Shown: one piece after another, positions 39,425 through 48,907 of the stretch
Layout of the letters: each line of letters begins with the position of its first letter
Numbering within the stretch: position 1 is the stretch's first letter
NCBI GenBank assembly: GCA_039932175.1
Contig: JBDTQM010000002.1
Coordinates: forward strand, 136-64,135
Reading direction: 5' to 3'
Source: Specibacter sp.
GTDB taxonomy: Bacteria > Actinomycetota > Actinomycetes > Actinomycetales > Micrococcaceae
DNA: 64,000 nucleotides
Translations under genes and position numbers: made by a program
Notes under the pieces: model-generated
Databases searched by the model: none
What the model saw: the letters and a program-made list of their open reading frames with translations, nothing else
Told to the model about the DNA's origin: nothing

Positions 39425-40430
39425 CTAAGAACTTACTAAGATTTGCCGCAACCCCACCAAGGTTCCGCACGCTCGCCAGCTGGGGGGAAGTGGGCGAGCG
39501 TTATGGGGCTGGCCGGCGGAGATGCGCAGCACCAGGGTCCTGGCCTCCGGGCGCAGGGCAAATTCCGGCCACACACCGGGGCCGCAGGCCCTGGAGCCGA
39601 GGCCGTTCTGCGCCGCATCCACGGACAAGTAGCTGTGGCTTGGTGCCGGGAGCTCGTGCGGGTGCCCGGCGGTCGTGATCTCCTGGGCGGTGTGGCGTAC
39701 CAGCGTGAACCCGGGCCGGCGACCGGCGGCATCGGGCCCGGCGTCGATCCGCAACCACGAAGCGCCGTCACGGGCCAGTTCCAGCCAGCGCACATCGCTG
39801 CGGTGCCCGGTTTCCTGCGGCCGGGCGTACTGAACGTTCAGCTCATCGATCGAGCCGGCATGCCGCCCCACCAGGGCCGAGCGCCTGCTGTCAGGGTAGG
39901 ACGCGCGTGGTCCGGCGCCGAACCAGTCCGCCCCGTCCACGTCCGCTGGCAGGTCAAACCGCACCCCGATGCGTGGCCACACCACGTCCCATCCCGAACT
40001 GGGCCTGATGTCAGCGCGCAGCCACAGTTCGCCACCGGCCAGATGCCAGTTTTCTTCCACCGCCACGGAGTGGGTGCTGTCGGCGGCCGCATAGCGGGTG
40101 CGCAGCCACAGTCCGTCCGGCAGCGCAGCCACGTCCTCCACGCGCCGGGTCAGCCGGTCCAGTCCTGCCTGCTTCCAGAGGGTTTCGGACGACGGCGCAG
40201 GCACGCCCCGGCCGTTGTTGAGCCACGGATCGTCCGGGCCGTAGGCGCCAAACCCGGCGCCCCTGTCATTGTCGGTGGGTGCCCGCCACAGCTCGAGCCG
40301 GGGACCGGACACAGGCAGGCCTGCCAACGAAACCAGGGTGCCGGCGTCGAACGTGGCAGGGCCCAGCGTGGCGGGAAGCCCGCCCGCGACGGTCGCGGCC
40401 AGCCGGGGCGCCCGTGCCGGCATGCAGACC
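39425..40430 (-). pseudogene. C-terminal remnant of a GH2 beta-galactosidase (small-chain domain only)
   Basis: LELWRAPTDND, WPRIGVRF, WFGAGP..SYPD, YARPQETGHRSDVRW, VDAAQNGLGSRACGP; the TIM-barrel catalytic and N-terminal domains are absent upstream. Confidence 0.8.
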
Positions 40431-40568
40431 CAATGGCTAATGGCGCCCAAATGCGTCAATATGGCCGGGGCACTGCGCGACTACCTGGACCTGGTGATCC
40501 TGCCGGAATAGGGTCAGCCCGTCGTTGGGAGCCTGTCCGGCCTCCTGATGGCAGCCGTCGCGGCAGAT

Positions 40569-41255
40569 CTACTGGTCGCTGTCGGCCGGGAGCACCCCGG
40601 ACAGTTCGGCCAGCGATGGCTCGCGCCCAAGCTCGATGTGGGCGTAGGCCAACGCGGCGGCCAGATCCGGCTTGCCGGCATGGATCGCCTCGCACAAGGT
40701 GATGTGTTCCCGGTATTGGGCTTGCGGGTCGCGTTCGCTCGTGAGGGCGAACAAGCGGCGAAGCCGGCCCAGGACCGGACGCATGGTTGTCTCCAGCAGG
40801 CTGTTGCCGCTCATGGCGATGATCTCGGCATGGATGGCGGAGTTGAAGGTGGTGATGGCGGGGAAGTCGCTGGCGGCCGTGGCGTTTTCCGCCGCCGTCA
40901 TGAGTTCCGCGAGCCGCGTGGATGTGCCGCCGTTGGCCACATGTTCGGCGGCCTTGCGCGCGGCAAAGACCTCAAGGTTCAGCCTGACGTCAAATAGTTC
41001 ACCCACGTCTTTGAGCGTGAAGGCACGCACCACGGCCCCGCGGCGGGGGAAGATGGCGATGAAGCCGTCCGCCTCCAGCTGGGGCAGCGCCTCCCTGATG
41101 GGGATGCGGGAGACGGCCAGGTCCTCGGAGATTTCCCGTTCCCGCAGGCGGTGCCCCGGCGGATAGTGCCCGTCGATGATCTTCTCGCTGATCCGCGCGT
41201 AGGTCTGCTCCGCCATTGACAGCCTGGCGTCGGTCCCCGGTGCTAGCTGGTCCAT
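40569..41255 (-). CDS. GntR/FadR (FCD) transcriptional regulator
   Basis: PGHRLREREISEDLAVSRIPIREAL..LEADGF....PRRGAVV; FCD motif FNSAIHAEII..SGN; ATG 41255. Confidence 0.9.
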   Translation of the reverse strand: MDQLAPGTDARLSMAEQTYARISEKIIDGHYPPGHRLREREISEDLAVSRIPIREALPQLEADGFIAIFPRRGAVVRAFTLKDVGELFDVRLNLEVFAARKAAEHVANGGTSTRLAELMTAAENATAASDFPAITTFNSAIHAEIIAMSGNSLLETTMRPVLGRLRRLFALTSERDPQAQYREHITLCEAIHAGKPDLAAALAYAHIELGREPSLAELSGVLPADSDQ

Positions 41256-41315
41256 GCATTCGTCCTTCGCTGCCCTCGCATGCCGGCCCTCCCGACAGCC
41301 CAAGTGTAGGCCAGT

Positions 41316-42779
41316 TCAGTCCGCACCCGGGTAGCTGGGCGGAAACAGCTCGGACGCGGGGCGGCCTTTCCAATCGCGTTCGCCGTAGGCATCGCGCATC
41401 TTGGCAAAGATCTCCGCGGCTTCCCGCCCCAAGGCCTCCAGGTCGACGCCGGGAATGACGCCGTCGGCCATGATGGTGCGTCCGGCCACCACGGAGTGGA
41501 AGGCGTTGCGGGCTGTGCCGTTGAGCAACAGCGTGCGCACCGGGTCCGCAGTGATCCCGTCGCGGAAGTCACCCAAGCTGAAGGCCACCATGTCGGCCTG
41601 CGCCCCCGGCTCCAGGCGCCCCAGGTCCGGGCGTTTGAGCGCCGAGGCCCCGCCCAGCGTGGCGGCATCGAGGTAGTCCGACGCCGGTGCGGCGTCGGCC
41701 CGGCCGTCGGCCAGCTTGGCCAAGTGAACCCCGGCGTCCATGCCCCGGACCAGGTCCGGCGGGAAGGAATCCGTGCCCAGTGCCAGGTTGATACCGGCCC
41801 GCTTGTAGCTGCTGAAGGAATCAATGACCTGCCCGTAGCGGAACGAGGTCTGGGGGCAGTGGATGATGCTGACGCCTGCCCCGGCCAGCGTGGCCAGGTC
41901 GCCGCGGTCCTCGCCGTGTACGGCGTCATGCCGGTCGGTGAGGATGCCGTGGGGGATGAGCAGTCTGTCATTGAGCAGACCGGCCGCGGCCATCATCTCC
42001 AGCGGGGTGGAGTCGTGGCGTTCTGCCAGGAAGTTGCGCTCGAACAGGCCCTGGAGGCTGTGCAGGCGTACCAAAACGTCCCGCTCCCGGGAAGCCTTGG
42101 CGGTGTCTGCCAACAATTCCGGTGTCAGCGTCTCGATCCGGCAGGGGAGCAACACTCCGTTCACGAGCGGGTCGTCCAGGGCATCCACCCAGTCGAGGAA
42201 GGCCAGCGCGTCCCCCAGTCCGGTCTCGCCCAGTGCAGCGTCAAACAGGACGGTCCGCTCGCCGTCGTCCGTGACCACGTTGACGCCGGAGCGGTAGGCC
42301 GGCCCCAGGTATCCGCGCAGGCCGAGCTCCCTCGACGTCCGGGCCATGCCCGTGAGCTCGGCGGAGTCCTCGGCCCAGGCACTGTGCACCTCCGAGGCTA
42401 TGGGCATGTAGGTGGTGATGCCGTGCAGCGCCAGCTGCACCAGGGCGTAACGGCGGATGGTTTGTCGTTCCCCAGCCGTAAAGACGTTGCGGCGCCCATG
42501 GGAAAAGTAGTCGGCGGACCATGTCAGGGCCTTGGCGTCCTCGGCGTCGTGCCATGAGTCCAGGATGAGGTGGTCGATGTCCGTCAGCGCGTCCAGGTCG
42601 ATGAGCCCGGGGGTGAGGAGTGCCTTGCCCAGGTCCATATGCCGGTCCACGGGGCCTTCATAGCCGTGCCCCACATGGACAATCACATCATCCTCATAGA
42701 CCACGGCGGCGTCGCGGAACAGGACATGGCCGCCATCCCGGTGGCCCAGGACATGGCTTGCGGCGAGTTGGGTGCGCAT
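41316..42779 (-). CDS. Amidohydrolase superfamily protein (chlorohydrolase/SsnA-like) with an atypical first metal motif
   Basis: GITTY, RLHSLQG, LIPHGI, IIHCPQTS, LALGTDS, GRLEPGAQAD; PGLIDLDALTD replaces the usual DxHxH. Confidence 0.8.
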   Translation of the reverse strand: MRTQLAASHVLGHRDGGHVLFRDAAVVYEDDVIVHVGHGYEGPVDRHMDLGKALLTPGLIDLDALTDIDHLILDSWHDAEDAKALTWSADYFSHGRRNVFTAGERQTIRRYALVQLALHGITTYMPIASEVHSAWAEDSAELTGMARTSRELGLRGYLGPAYRSGVNVVTDDGERTVLFDAALGETGLGDALAFLDWVDALDDPLVNGVLLPCRIETLTPELLADTAKASRERDVLVRLHSLQGLFERNFLAERHDSTPLEMMAAAGLLNDRLLIPHGILTDRHDAVHGEDRGDLATLAGAGVSIIHCPQTSFRYGQVIDSFSSYKRAGINLALGTDSFPPDLVRGMDAGVHLAKLADGRADAAPASDYLDAATLGGASALKRPDLGRLEPGAQADMVAFSLGDFRDGITADPVRTLLLNGTARNAFHSVVAGRTIMADGVIPGVDLEALGREAAEIFAKMRDAYGERDWKGRPASELFPPSYPGAD

Positions 42780-42798
42780 GAGGGGAATCTCCTTGAAT

Positions 42799-44025
42799 CT
42801 AGACGAGTTGCAAGTTCTCGGCCACGACGCGGCCTGCGTGGATGACGGTGCGGTCCGTGCGCCTGTCCATGACAGCGGCGCTGACGGAATCGCCGGACAC
42901 GATCACAAAGTCGGCCGTGTCTCCCACAGCCGTGCCGGGGCGGTCCAGCATGGAAGCCAGGCGGGGGATGGACCGGTCCAGGATGGATGCCCCGCCAATG
43001 GTGGCCACCGCCAGCGCGTGCTCAATGTGCTCGTCGAAGCGGAAGCCATTGGCGAAGGCGAGCTGCCAGGTGCGGTCCAGCATGTCGGCGTTGCCGTAAG
43101 GGGACCAGTAGTCGCGTTGGCCGTCCTGGCCCAGGCCTACCCGGACGCCCGCCTCCGCCAGCTGGGCCAGGGGCAATTGGAACCGGCCGGCCGGGGCGAC
43201 CGTCGCGGTGGAGATGTCCAGCTCCGCCCACGTCTCGATGAGCTGGCGGGTGTGCGCCTCGCTGACGCCCCACAGCGGGTAGCCGTGGGAGATGGTGACG
43301 TTGCCCTGCATGCCCAGCGCGCGGGTCCGCTCGGCAATCAACGCGGCACTGAAATGGCCCAGCTCACCGGGTTCGTGCAAGTGGATGTCGATCGGCACCT
43401 GGTACTTCTCGGCCAGGCCAAAGACGATGTCCAGGTGGCGGACGGGATCCTTGTCCAAGGAGCAGGGGTCGATGCCGCCCATGACATCGGCGCCGTTCTT
43501 CAGGGCCTCCTCCATGAGGGCTGCGCTGCCGTCCTCCAACAACAGGCCGGCCTGCGGAAACGCGATGATCTTTATTTCGGCGCGATCCTTGTAGGTCTCG
43601 CGGGCGGCGGCGACGGCCTCGAACTTCTCCAGCCCGCAGTCGACGTCGACCTGGGCGAAGCTGCGCACGCGCGTGGTGCCGCGCTCAATCATCATCCGCA
43701 GCGCCGTGTCGGTGCGCTCGCCGATGCTCGTCTCGGCCAGGCGCCAGTTGTTGCGGTCATTCATCATCATGCCCCAGACGCCGGGAGCACCGGTGTGCTC
43801 CCGGAACGGCAGGCCAAGGCGGTTGGAGTCCAGGTGCACGTGGACATCGGAGAAGGACGGCAACAGCAGCCGGCCCCCGCCTTCGACGACGGCGCCGGCG
43901 CCGTCCCCGGTCCCGGCGGCAGCGGGCTTGTGCGGCGTGATCGAGCTGATGCGCCCGTCGGCAACGGCAATGTCGCTGAGTTCCCCGCCCCACGGGCGGA
44001 CCTGGCGAATAAAGGATGAAGTCAA
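42799..44025 (-). CDS. Cytosine/creatinine deaminase-like amidohydrolase
   Basis: PSFSDVHVHLD, GTTRVRS, AFPQAG, IDIHLHE, VTISHG, GLGQDG..DYWSPYGNAD; TTG 44025 preceded by GGAAGG. Confidence 0.85.
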   Translation of the reverse strand: MTSSFIRQVRPWGGELSDIAVADGRISSITPHKPAAAGTGDGAGAVVEGGGRLLLPSFSDVHVHLDSNRLGLPFREHTGAPGVWGMMMNDRNNWRLAETSIGERTDTALRMMIERGTTRVRSFAQVDVDCGLEKFEAVAAARETYKDRAEIKIIAFPQAGLLLEDGSAALMEEALKNGADVMGGIDPCSLDKDPVRHLDIVFGLAEKYQVPIDIHLHEPGELGHFSAALIAERTRALGMQGNVTISHGYPLWGVSEAHTRQLIETWAELDISTATVAPAGRFQLPLAQLAEAGVRVGLGQDGQRDYWSPYGNADMLDRTWQLAFANGFRFDEHIEHALAVATIGGASILDRSIPRLASMLDRPGTAVGDTADFVIVSGDSVSAAVMDRRTDRTVIHAGRVVAENLQLV

Positions 44026-44053
44026 GGAGGAACCTTCCGAAACGTTGGATAGT

Positions 44054-44129
44054 TTTGTATGCCAAATTTGGACAATTTGGGGGAGATGTTCAATTGATGG
44101 GCTTGGCTCGTCATTTTGGTATACCAAAA
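44054..44129. promoter_or_regulatory. GntR/FadR-type operators upstream of the amidohydrolase operon
   Basis: Perfect 16-bp palindrome TTTTGGTATACCAAAA (44114-44129) and variant TTTGTATGCCAA (44054-44065). Confidence 0.65.
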
Positions 44130-44208
44130 CTCTAGCGAGTTCACTCACTTTTGTCAGCACGCCGGCACCCTGGTGGTGGCATGCCCGATTCAATCAGGGC
44201 AAGGCGCA

Positions 44209-45195
44209 TCAAGCGCTCAGATCCACTGCCAAACCCATGCCGCGTTCCAGCGCCAGATCGTAGAGCAGGCGGCCTATGGCCAAATCCAGCATTCCGATGC
44301 CCACGGAGTTGAACAAAGTGATGTCCTCCGCGTTGCGGCGTCCGGGACGCTGGCCGGCCACCACCTGGCCCAATTCGGCCACCACATCCTCCATGGACAA
44401 TGCGCCCTCCTGGATCGGGATGAGCAGGTCGCCGGATTTCTCCACGGCCGTGGCCAGGCTGTCGACGATGATCCGGGCGCGGACCATTCCGGTTGAGTCA
44501 ATCTCGCGGTGATCCGGGCGGGGGCGGGAGCCGACTGCGTTGATGTGCTGGCCGGGACGGAACCAGCGCCCCTCAACCACAGGCTCCACGGCAGGAGTCA
44601 GGGTGCACACCACATCCGCGGTGGCAAAGACGTCTGCCACGGCGGCGGCCACCGTCACAGGCAGCCCGTGATGGCTCACCTGCGCGCGAAACGCATCGGT
44701 GGTCTGCGTTGATCGGGACCACACCACGATTTCCTCGATGGGCAGCACGGCCAGGATCGCGTTGACGTGCTCGACGGCGAGGGCGCCCCCTCCCACCAGG
44801 CCCAGCACCGAGCTGTCCGGACGAGCCAGGTGTTTGGTGGCCACGGCGCTGGCGGCAGCGGTGCGAACGCGGGTAGGTACGCGCCCGTCCAGGATGGCAA
44901 GGGTCTCGCCCGTCACTTGCGACGCGAGCATGATGGTCGAGCGCTGGGTGGGCAGGCCGGCGTCGAGGTTGGCCGGAATGTCGGAGAGCAACTTCACTGC
45001 GGCCAGCTGCTGGGTGTCGGCGAGCGCCGTCATGGGCAGGAATCGTGCGTCCGAGCCCGGCAGGTGCAGCGAGGTCGGCGCCGGCTGGTGGGCCGTGCCG
45101 CGGGCAATGTCACCGAAGGCGAGTTCGACGGCGGCAATCGTCGTTTTCATGTCTGCCAGGGTGGCGAGATCGGAGTGGGAGAGGATCAAGGTCAT
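44209..45195 (-). CDS. Ornithine cyclodeaminase/mu-crystallin family protein
   Basis: VKLLS..PAN...GLPT, RTAAASAVAT..LAR, LVGGGALA, HINAVGS, TLFNSVGIGMLD. Confidence 0.9.
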   Translation of the reverse strand: MTLILSHSDLATLADMKTTIAAVELAFGDIARGTAHQPAPTSLHLPGSDARFLPMTALADTQQLAAVKLLSDIPANLDAGLPTQRSTIMLASQVTGETLAILDGRVPTRVRTAAASAVATKHLARPDSSVLGLVGGGALAVEHVNAILAVLPIEEIVVWSRSTQTTDAFRAQVSHHGLPVTVAAAVADVFATADVVCTLTPAVEPVVEGRWFRPGQHINAVGSRPRPDHREIDSTGMVRARIIVDSLATAVEKSGDLLIPIQEGALSMEDVVAELGQVVAGQRPGRRNAEDITLFNSVGIGMLDLAIGRLLYDLALERGMGLAVDLSA

Positions 45196-45269
45196 GCGGC
45201 GCTCCTTGGGTTGACTCTGTGGCGATGGGTATGAAGACGGCGGGCGGCGCAGTGTCCGGCTGCTGACCC

Positions 45270-45453
45270 TTGGTACGACAATACTGCCATTTGGTATTCC
45301 AAAATGCTAGTCAATGTCGAGGGGGCCGATGGGCGATGGTCCATGGAGTCGCCAAAGAATCAGTAAATTCAACGAATAATCAATCTTTTTTCAATATTCC
45401 CCAAGTGATTTACATCTCAGCCCCAGGTGTGTATCTTGATTCTGGTATACAAA
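45270..45453. promoter_or_regulatory. Three further TTGGTATACCAA-like boxes in the divergent OCD/transporter promoter region
   Basis: TTGGTACGACAA (45270), TTGGTATTCCAA (45291), CTGGTATACAAA (45442). Confidence 0.6.
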
Positions 45454-45474
45454 ATTGACAGGAAGGTGAGTCTG

Positions 45475-46839
45475 ATGAACAACACAACCCGCACTTCAAT
45501 ACGCAGCCGCGCTGCAACCCCGATCACTGGCCGGCACTGGGCGGTCGTCATTGCCCTTTCGGTGGCGCTCTCCATCGTCGCGGTGCTCATTGGCACCGTT
45601 AAGTTCCAGCTTGGCCCGGCCGCCGTAGTGCTGCTGCCCATCATTTGGGCTGTCGTCATCGGCGGTGTCCTGGGGACCCAGCGCTGGCGGCCCGTCACGC
45701 CCGCCTCCCGCGGCGTGGCCACACTTCTACTGGAGATTGGCATCATCGTTTTCCTGGCCCGGCTTGGAACTCAGATCGGCCCCACCCTTGTCCAGCTGGG
45801 TGCCGTCGGCCCGGCAGTCGCCCTGCAAGAGGTTGGCCACATCTTTGGGACAGTGATCATCGCACTGCCTGTCGCCGTCGCCCTGGGACTTGGACGCGTC
45901 TCCATCGGAGCCGCCTGGTCCATTGACCGCGAGTCATTCCTGGCCTACGCCATCCAACGCTTCGGCGTCCGTTCCCCGGAGTACCGCGGCGTGTTCTCGG
46001 TATGGCTGCTCGGGAGCTTGTTTGGCGCCGTGTTCATCTCCCTGCTGGCTGGATTCCTGGGCGGCCTGTCCATCTTCGACCCACGGGCACTGGCCTTGGG
46101 TCTGGGCCTTGGCTCCGCTTCGATGATGCTCGGCGGCGCCGGCGCCCTGGCCCTGCTGTACCCGGCCCAAGCCCAAGAAATCATGGCCTTGGCCGCTCTC
46201 TCCAACCTGGTCACCAACATCGTGGGCTTCTACGCCGGGGTGTTCCTCTCGCTGCCTGTGTGCCGCAAGCTGTTCGTCTTCTGGAGCCGGCTGTTCGGCA
46301 GGGACGACGACGGCCGCAGGGTTGGGCGTGCCGCCCGCCGCAGCGTCGCGGTGCCGAGTGCTGGATCCGAGGCGGATGTTCCCGATATCGCGCCCGATCC
46401 CAAGGTGTCCCTGACGCCCCGGTATGCTTTCCTGGCCTACGGTGTGGTGGGCGTGAGCGGCCTGCTCATGAATATCCTGGGTACCAAAACATTCGCCGTC
46501 ACCGACGTATTGGGCATGGTGATGCTGCTGCTCACGGCGTTCTCCTTCAAGCTCTCCCGCTGGGTTCCATCCGTGCCCTCCAGCGTTTGGGTGCTGGGCC
46601 TTGCCACGATCCTCTCCGCACCCTTCTTGCCGACGTCGGCGCTGTTGGCGTCCTGGACAGGCAACCTGAACGTGATTCTGCTGGGCGTGCCAACGCTGGG
46701 CCTCATCGGACTCACCATAGGGCGCGACATCCCGGCGTTGAAGTCGCTGAGCTGGAAAGTGGTGGTGGTCGCCCTCATCACCTACAGCGCCTCATTTATC
46801 GCCGCGGCCGCCCTGGGCCAGTCCGTGCTGCACCTCTAG
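45475..46839 (+). CDS. DUF3100-like membrane protein with an extra C-terminal ~150-aa membrane module (putative transporter)
   Basis: GPAVALQEVGHIFGT..IALPVA..LG...GAAWSIDRE...SPEYRGV...LGLGSASMM; after a polar linker, further TM helices ending LSWKVVVVALITYSASFIAAAALGQ. Confidence 0.7.
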   Translation: MNNTTRTSIRSRAATPITGRHWAVVIALSVALSIVAVLIGTVKFQLGPAAVVLLPIIWAVVIGGVLGTQRWRPVTPASRGVATLLLEIGIIVFLARLGTQIGPTLVQLGAVGPAVALQEVGHIFGTVIIALPVAVALGLGRVSIGAAWSIDRESFLAYAIQRFGVRSPEYRGVFSVWLLGSLFGAVFISLLAGFLGGLSIFDPRALALGLGLGSASMMLGGAGALALLYPAQAQEIMALAALSNLVTNIVGFYAGVFLSLPVCRKLFVFWSRLFGRDDDGRRVGRAARRSVAVPSAGSEADVPDIAPDPKVSLTPRYAFLAYGVVGVSGLLMNILGTKTFAVTDVLGMVMLLLTAFSFKLSRWVPSVPSSVWVLGLATILSAPFLPTSALLASWTGNLNVILLGVPTLGLIGLTIGRDIPALKSLSWKVVVVALITYSASFIAAAALGQSVLHL

Positions 46840-46850
46840 CAGTTTGGGGC

Positions 46851-47993
46851 CTAGTTGGTGGCCATCTCCGCGACAAGTTCGCGCACGACGGCGCGCAGGT
46901 CACCGTCGGTGCTGGCCGCCACGGCGCGCTGGCGCTGGTAGCCGGCACCCTTGGTGATGATGGCCTCCACACCGGCCAGTTCATCCGCGCACCCCAAACG
47001 GGCGGCAACCGGCTCAAGCTTGTTCAACAGCTCCACAGTGTGCTCGGTGACGAGCTTTTCGTTGCCGGCGGCATCCAAAATAATGATGGCGTCCATGCCG
47101 TAGCGCGCCGCCCGCCACTTGTTTTCCTGGATGTGCCACGGCGGCATGGTGGGGATGGTGCCGCCGTCGTCCAAGGTATTGGAAAAGTCTTCCACCAGGC
47201 ACTGGGTGAGGGCCGCAATGGCGCCGATTTCCTCCAGTGTGGACATGCCGTCGCAGATGCGCATTTCAATGGTGCCAAGACCGGCCACGGGGCGAATGTC
47301 CCAACGGATTTCATTCGTGGCGTCGATGACCCCCGTGGTGAACATGTCCTGCACGTAGGACTCGTACGCCGCCCAGTCCGGGAACTGGAAGGGCAGTCCG
47401 GCCGTGGGGAGCTGCTGGAACATCAAGGCCCGCTGTGAGGCGTAGCCGGTGTCCTCGCCGTTCCAATACGGGGAGGAGGCGGACAGGGCCTGGAAATGCG
47501 GGAAGTAGTTGACCAGCCCGTCCAGGACGGGCATGGCCTTGGAAACGTGGTCCAGACCCACATGGACGTGAACGCCGTAGATGAGCATCTGGCTGCCCCA
47601 CCACTGGGTCCTGTCCACAAGCTTGGCGTAGCGTTCCTTGTCCGTGACCGCCTGGGTGCGCGGATTGCTGAACGGGTGGGTTCCGGCGCTGAGCAGGTCC
47701 AGGCCCAGGGGAGTGGCGGCGTCCCGAAGAATGTTCAGGTTGCGGCGCAGGTCTTCCTTGCCCTCGGCCACGGTATGGCAGATTCCTGTGACCAACTCCA
47801 CTGTGTTCTGCAGCATTTCCCCCTTGATGTGGGGGTGCTCGCCGTCAGCCATCACCTCGGGGTGGGCGGCGGTAATGTTGGCGAAAACGTCATTGGCGCG
47901 GGCGTCCAATTCACCGGTTTGGTGGTCAACCAAAGCGATTTCCCATTCCAGCCCCAGCGTGGACTGTTCAGATTTGGCGAAATCAATCTTCAC
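46851..47993 (-). CDS. Glutamate-cysteine ligase family 2 (YbdK-like carboxylate-amine ligase)
   Basis: TLGLEWEIALVD, EMLQNTVEL, SAGTHPF, IYGVHVHVG, ALSASSP, WDIRP...GTIEMRICD, QENKWRAARYG. Confidence 0.9.
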   Translation of the reverse strand: MKIDFAKSEQSTLGLEWEIALVDHQTGELDARANDVFANITAAHPEVMADGEHPHIKGEMLQNTVELVTGICHTVAEGKEDLRRNLNILRDAATPLGLDLLSAGTHPFSNPRTQAVTDKERYAKLVDRTQWWGSQMLIYGVHVHVGLDHVSKAMPVLDGLVNYFPHFQALSASSPYWNGEDTGYASQRALMFQQLPTAGLPFQFPDWAAYESYVQDMFTTGVIDATNEIRWDIRPVAGLGTIEMRICDGMSTLEEIGAIAALTQCLVEDFSNTLDDGGTIPTMPPWHIQENKWRAARYGMDAIIILDAAGNEKLVTEHTVELLNKLEPVAARLGCADELAGVEAIITKGAGYQRQRAVAASTDGDLRAVVRELVAEMATN

Positions 47994-48092
47994 TGGGGCG
48001 CCCCCTTGGCGGTAGCGGAATCATGGGTGCGACGCGGCAAAGGCGCCGGGTGCATTCTGATTGTAGTTCAGGTTTTGGGGCACAATGGAGCG

Positions 48093-48905
48093 GTGCCCAT
48101 TTTGAACAAAGACATGACATTGTGTATTTCCCTCGCCGCACGGCCCAGCAATATTGGTACGCGGTTCCACAATTACCTGTACGACGCATTAAACCTGAAC
48201 TACGTGTACAAGGCGTTTGCCCCGAAAGACTTGGCGCAGGCAGTGGCCGGAATTCGCGGCCTGGGCATTCGCGGGGCTGCCGTTTCCATGCCCTACAAGG
48301 AGGATGTCATCGCCATGGTCGACATCATGGATGCCTCCGCCTCGGCCATCGATTCGGTGAACACAATTGTTAACAATGACGGCGTGCTGACCGCCTACAA
48401 CACCGACTATCTGGCCATTGCCGAGCTGCTGGCGGCCCATGAGGTCCCTGTCAATTTCACCGTTCTGTTGCGCGGTTCCGGCGGCATGGCCAAGGCTGTT
48501 GCTGCCGCATTGCGCGACGCCGGAATGACCCGCGTTTCAATTGTGGCCCGCAACGAGAAGGCGGGGCAGGCCCTGGCCGGCCTCTACGGCTTTGGCTGGC
48601 TGGCAGAGGTTGGCGGGTCAACAGCGGACCTGCTCATCAACGTCACACCCCTGGGGATGGCCGGCTCCGAGGAATCAACCCAATCCTTCACCGACGCCAC
48701 AGTGGCTGCGGCGCAGGTGGTCTTCGACGTCGTGGCGCTCCCCTCCGAGACTCCCCTCATCCGGGCTGCCCGTGCCGCGGGCAAGCCCGTCATCACAGGC
48801 GCGGAGGTCATTGCCATTCAGGCGGCAGAACAGTTTGTGCTGTACACGGGTGTGCGCCCCAGTCCCGAGCTGGTCCGCGAAGCCTCGCAGTTCTCCCGCT
48901 CCTAG
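48093..48905 (+). CDS. Shikimate dehydrogenase-like protein (SdhL class)
   Basis: MPILNKDMTLCISLAARPSNIGTRFHN, AVSMPYKE, VNTIVN, AYNTDY, LRGSGGMAKA; CACAAT lies 6 nt before GTG 48093. Confidence 0.85.
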   Translation: MPILNKDMTLCISLAARPSNIGTRFHNYLYDALNLNYVYKAFAPKDLAQAVAGIRGLGIRGAAVSMPYKEDVIAMVDIMDASASAIDSVNTIVNNDGVLTAYNTDYLAIAELLAAHEVPVNFTVLLRGSGGMAKAVAAALRDAGMTRVSIVARNEKAGQALAGLYGFGWLAEVGGSTADLLINVTPLGMAGSEESTQSFTDATVAAAQVVFDVVALPSETPLIRAARAAGKPVITGAEVIAIQAAEQFVLYTGVRPSPELVREASQFSRS

Positions 48906-48907
48906 AA

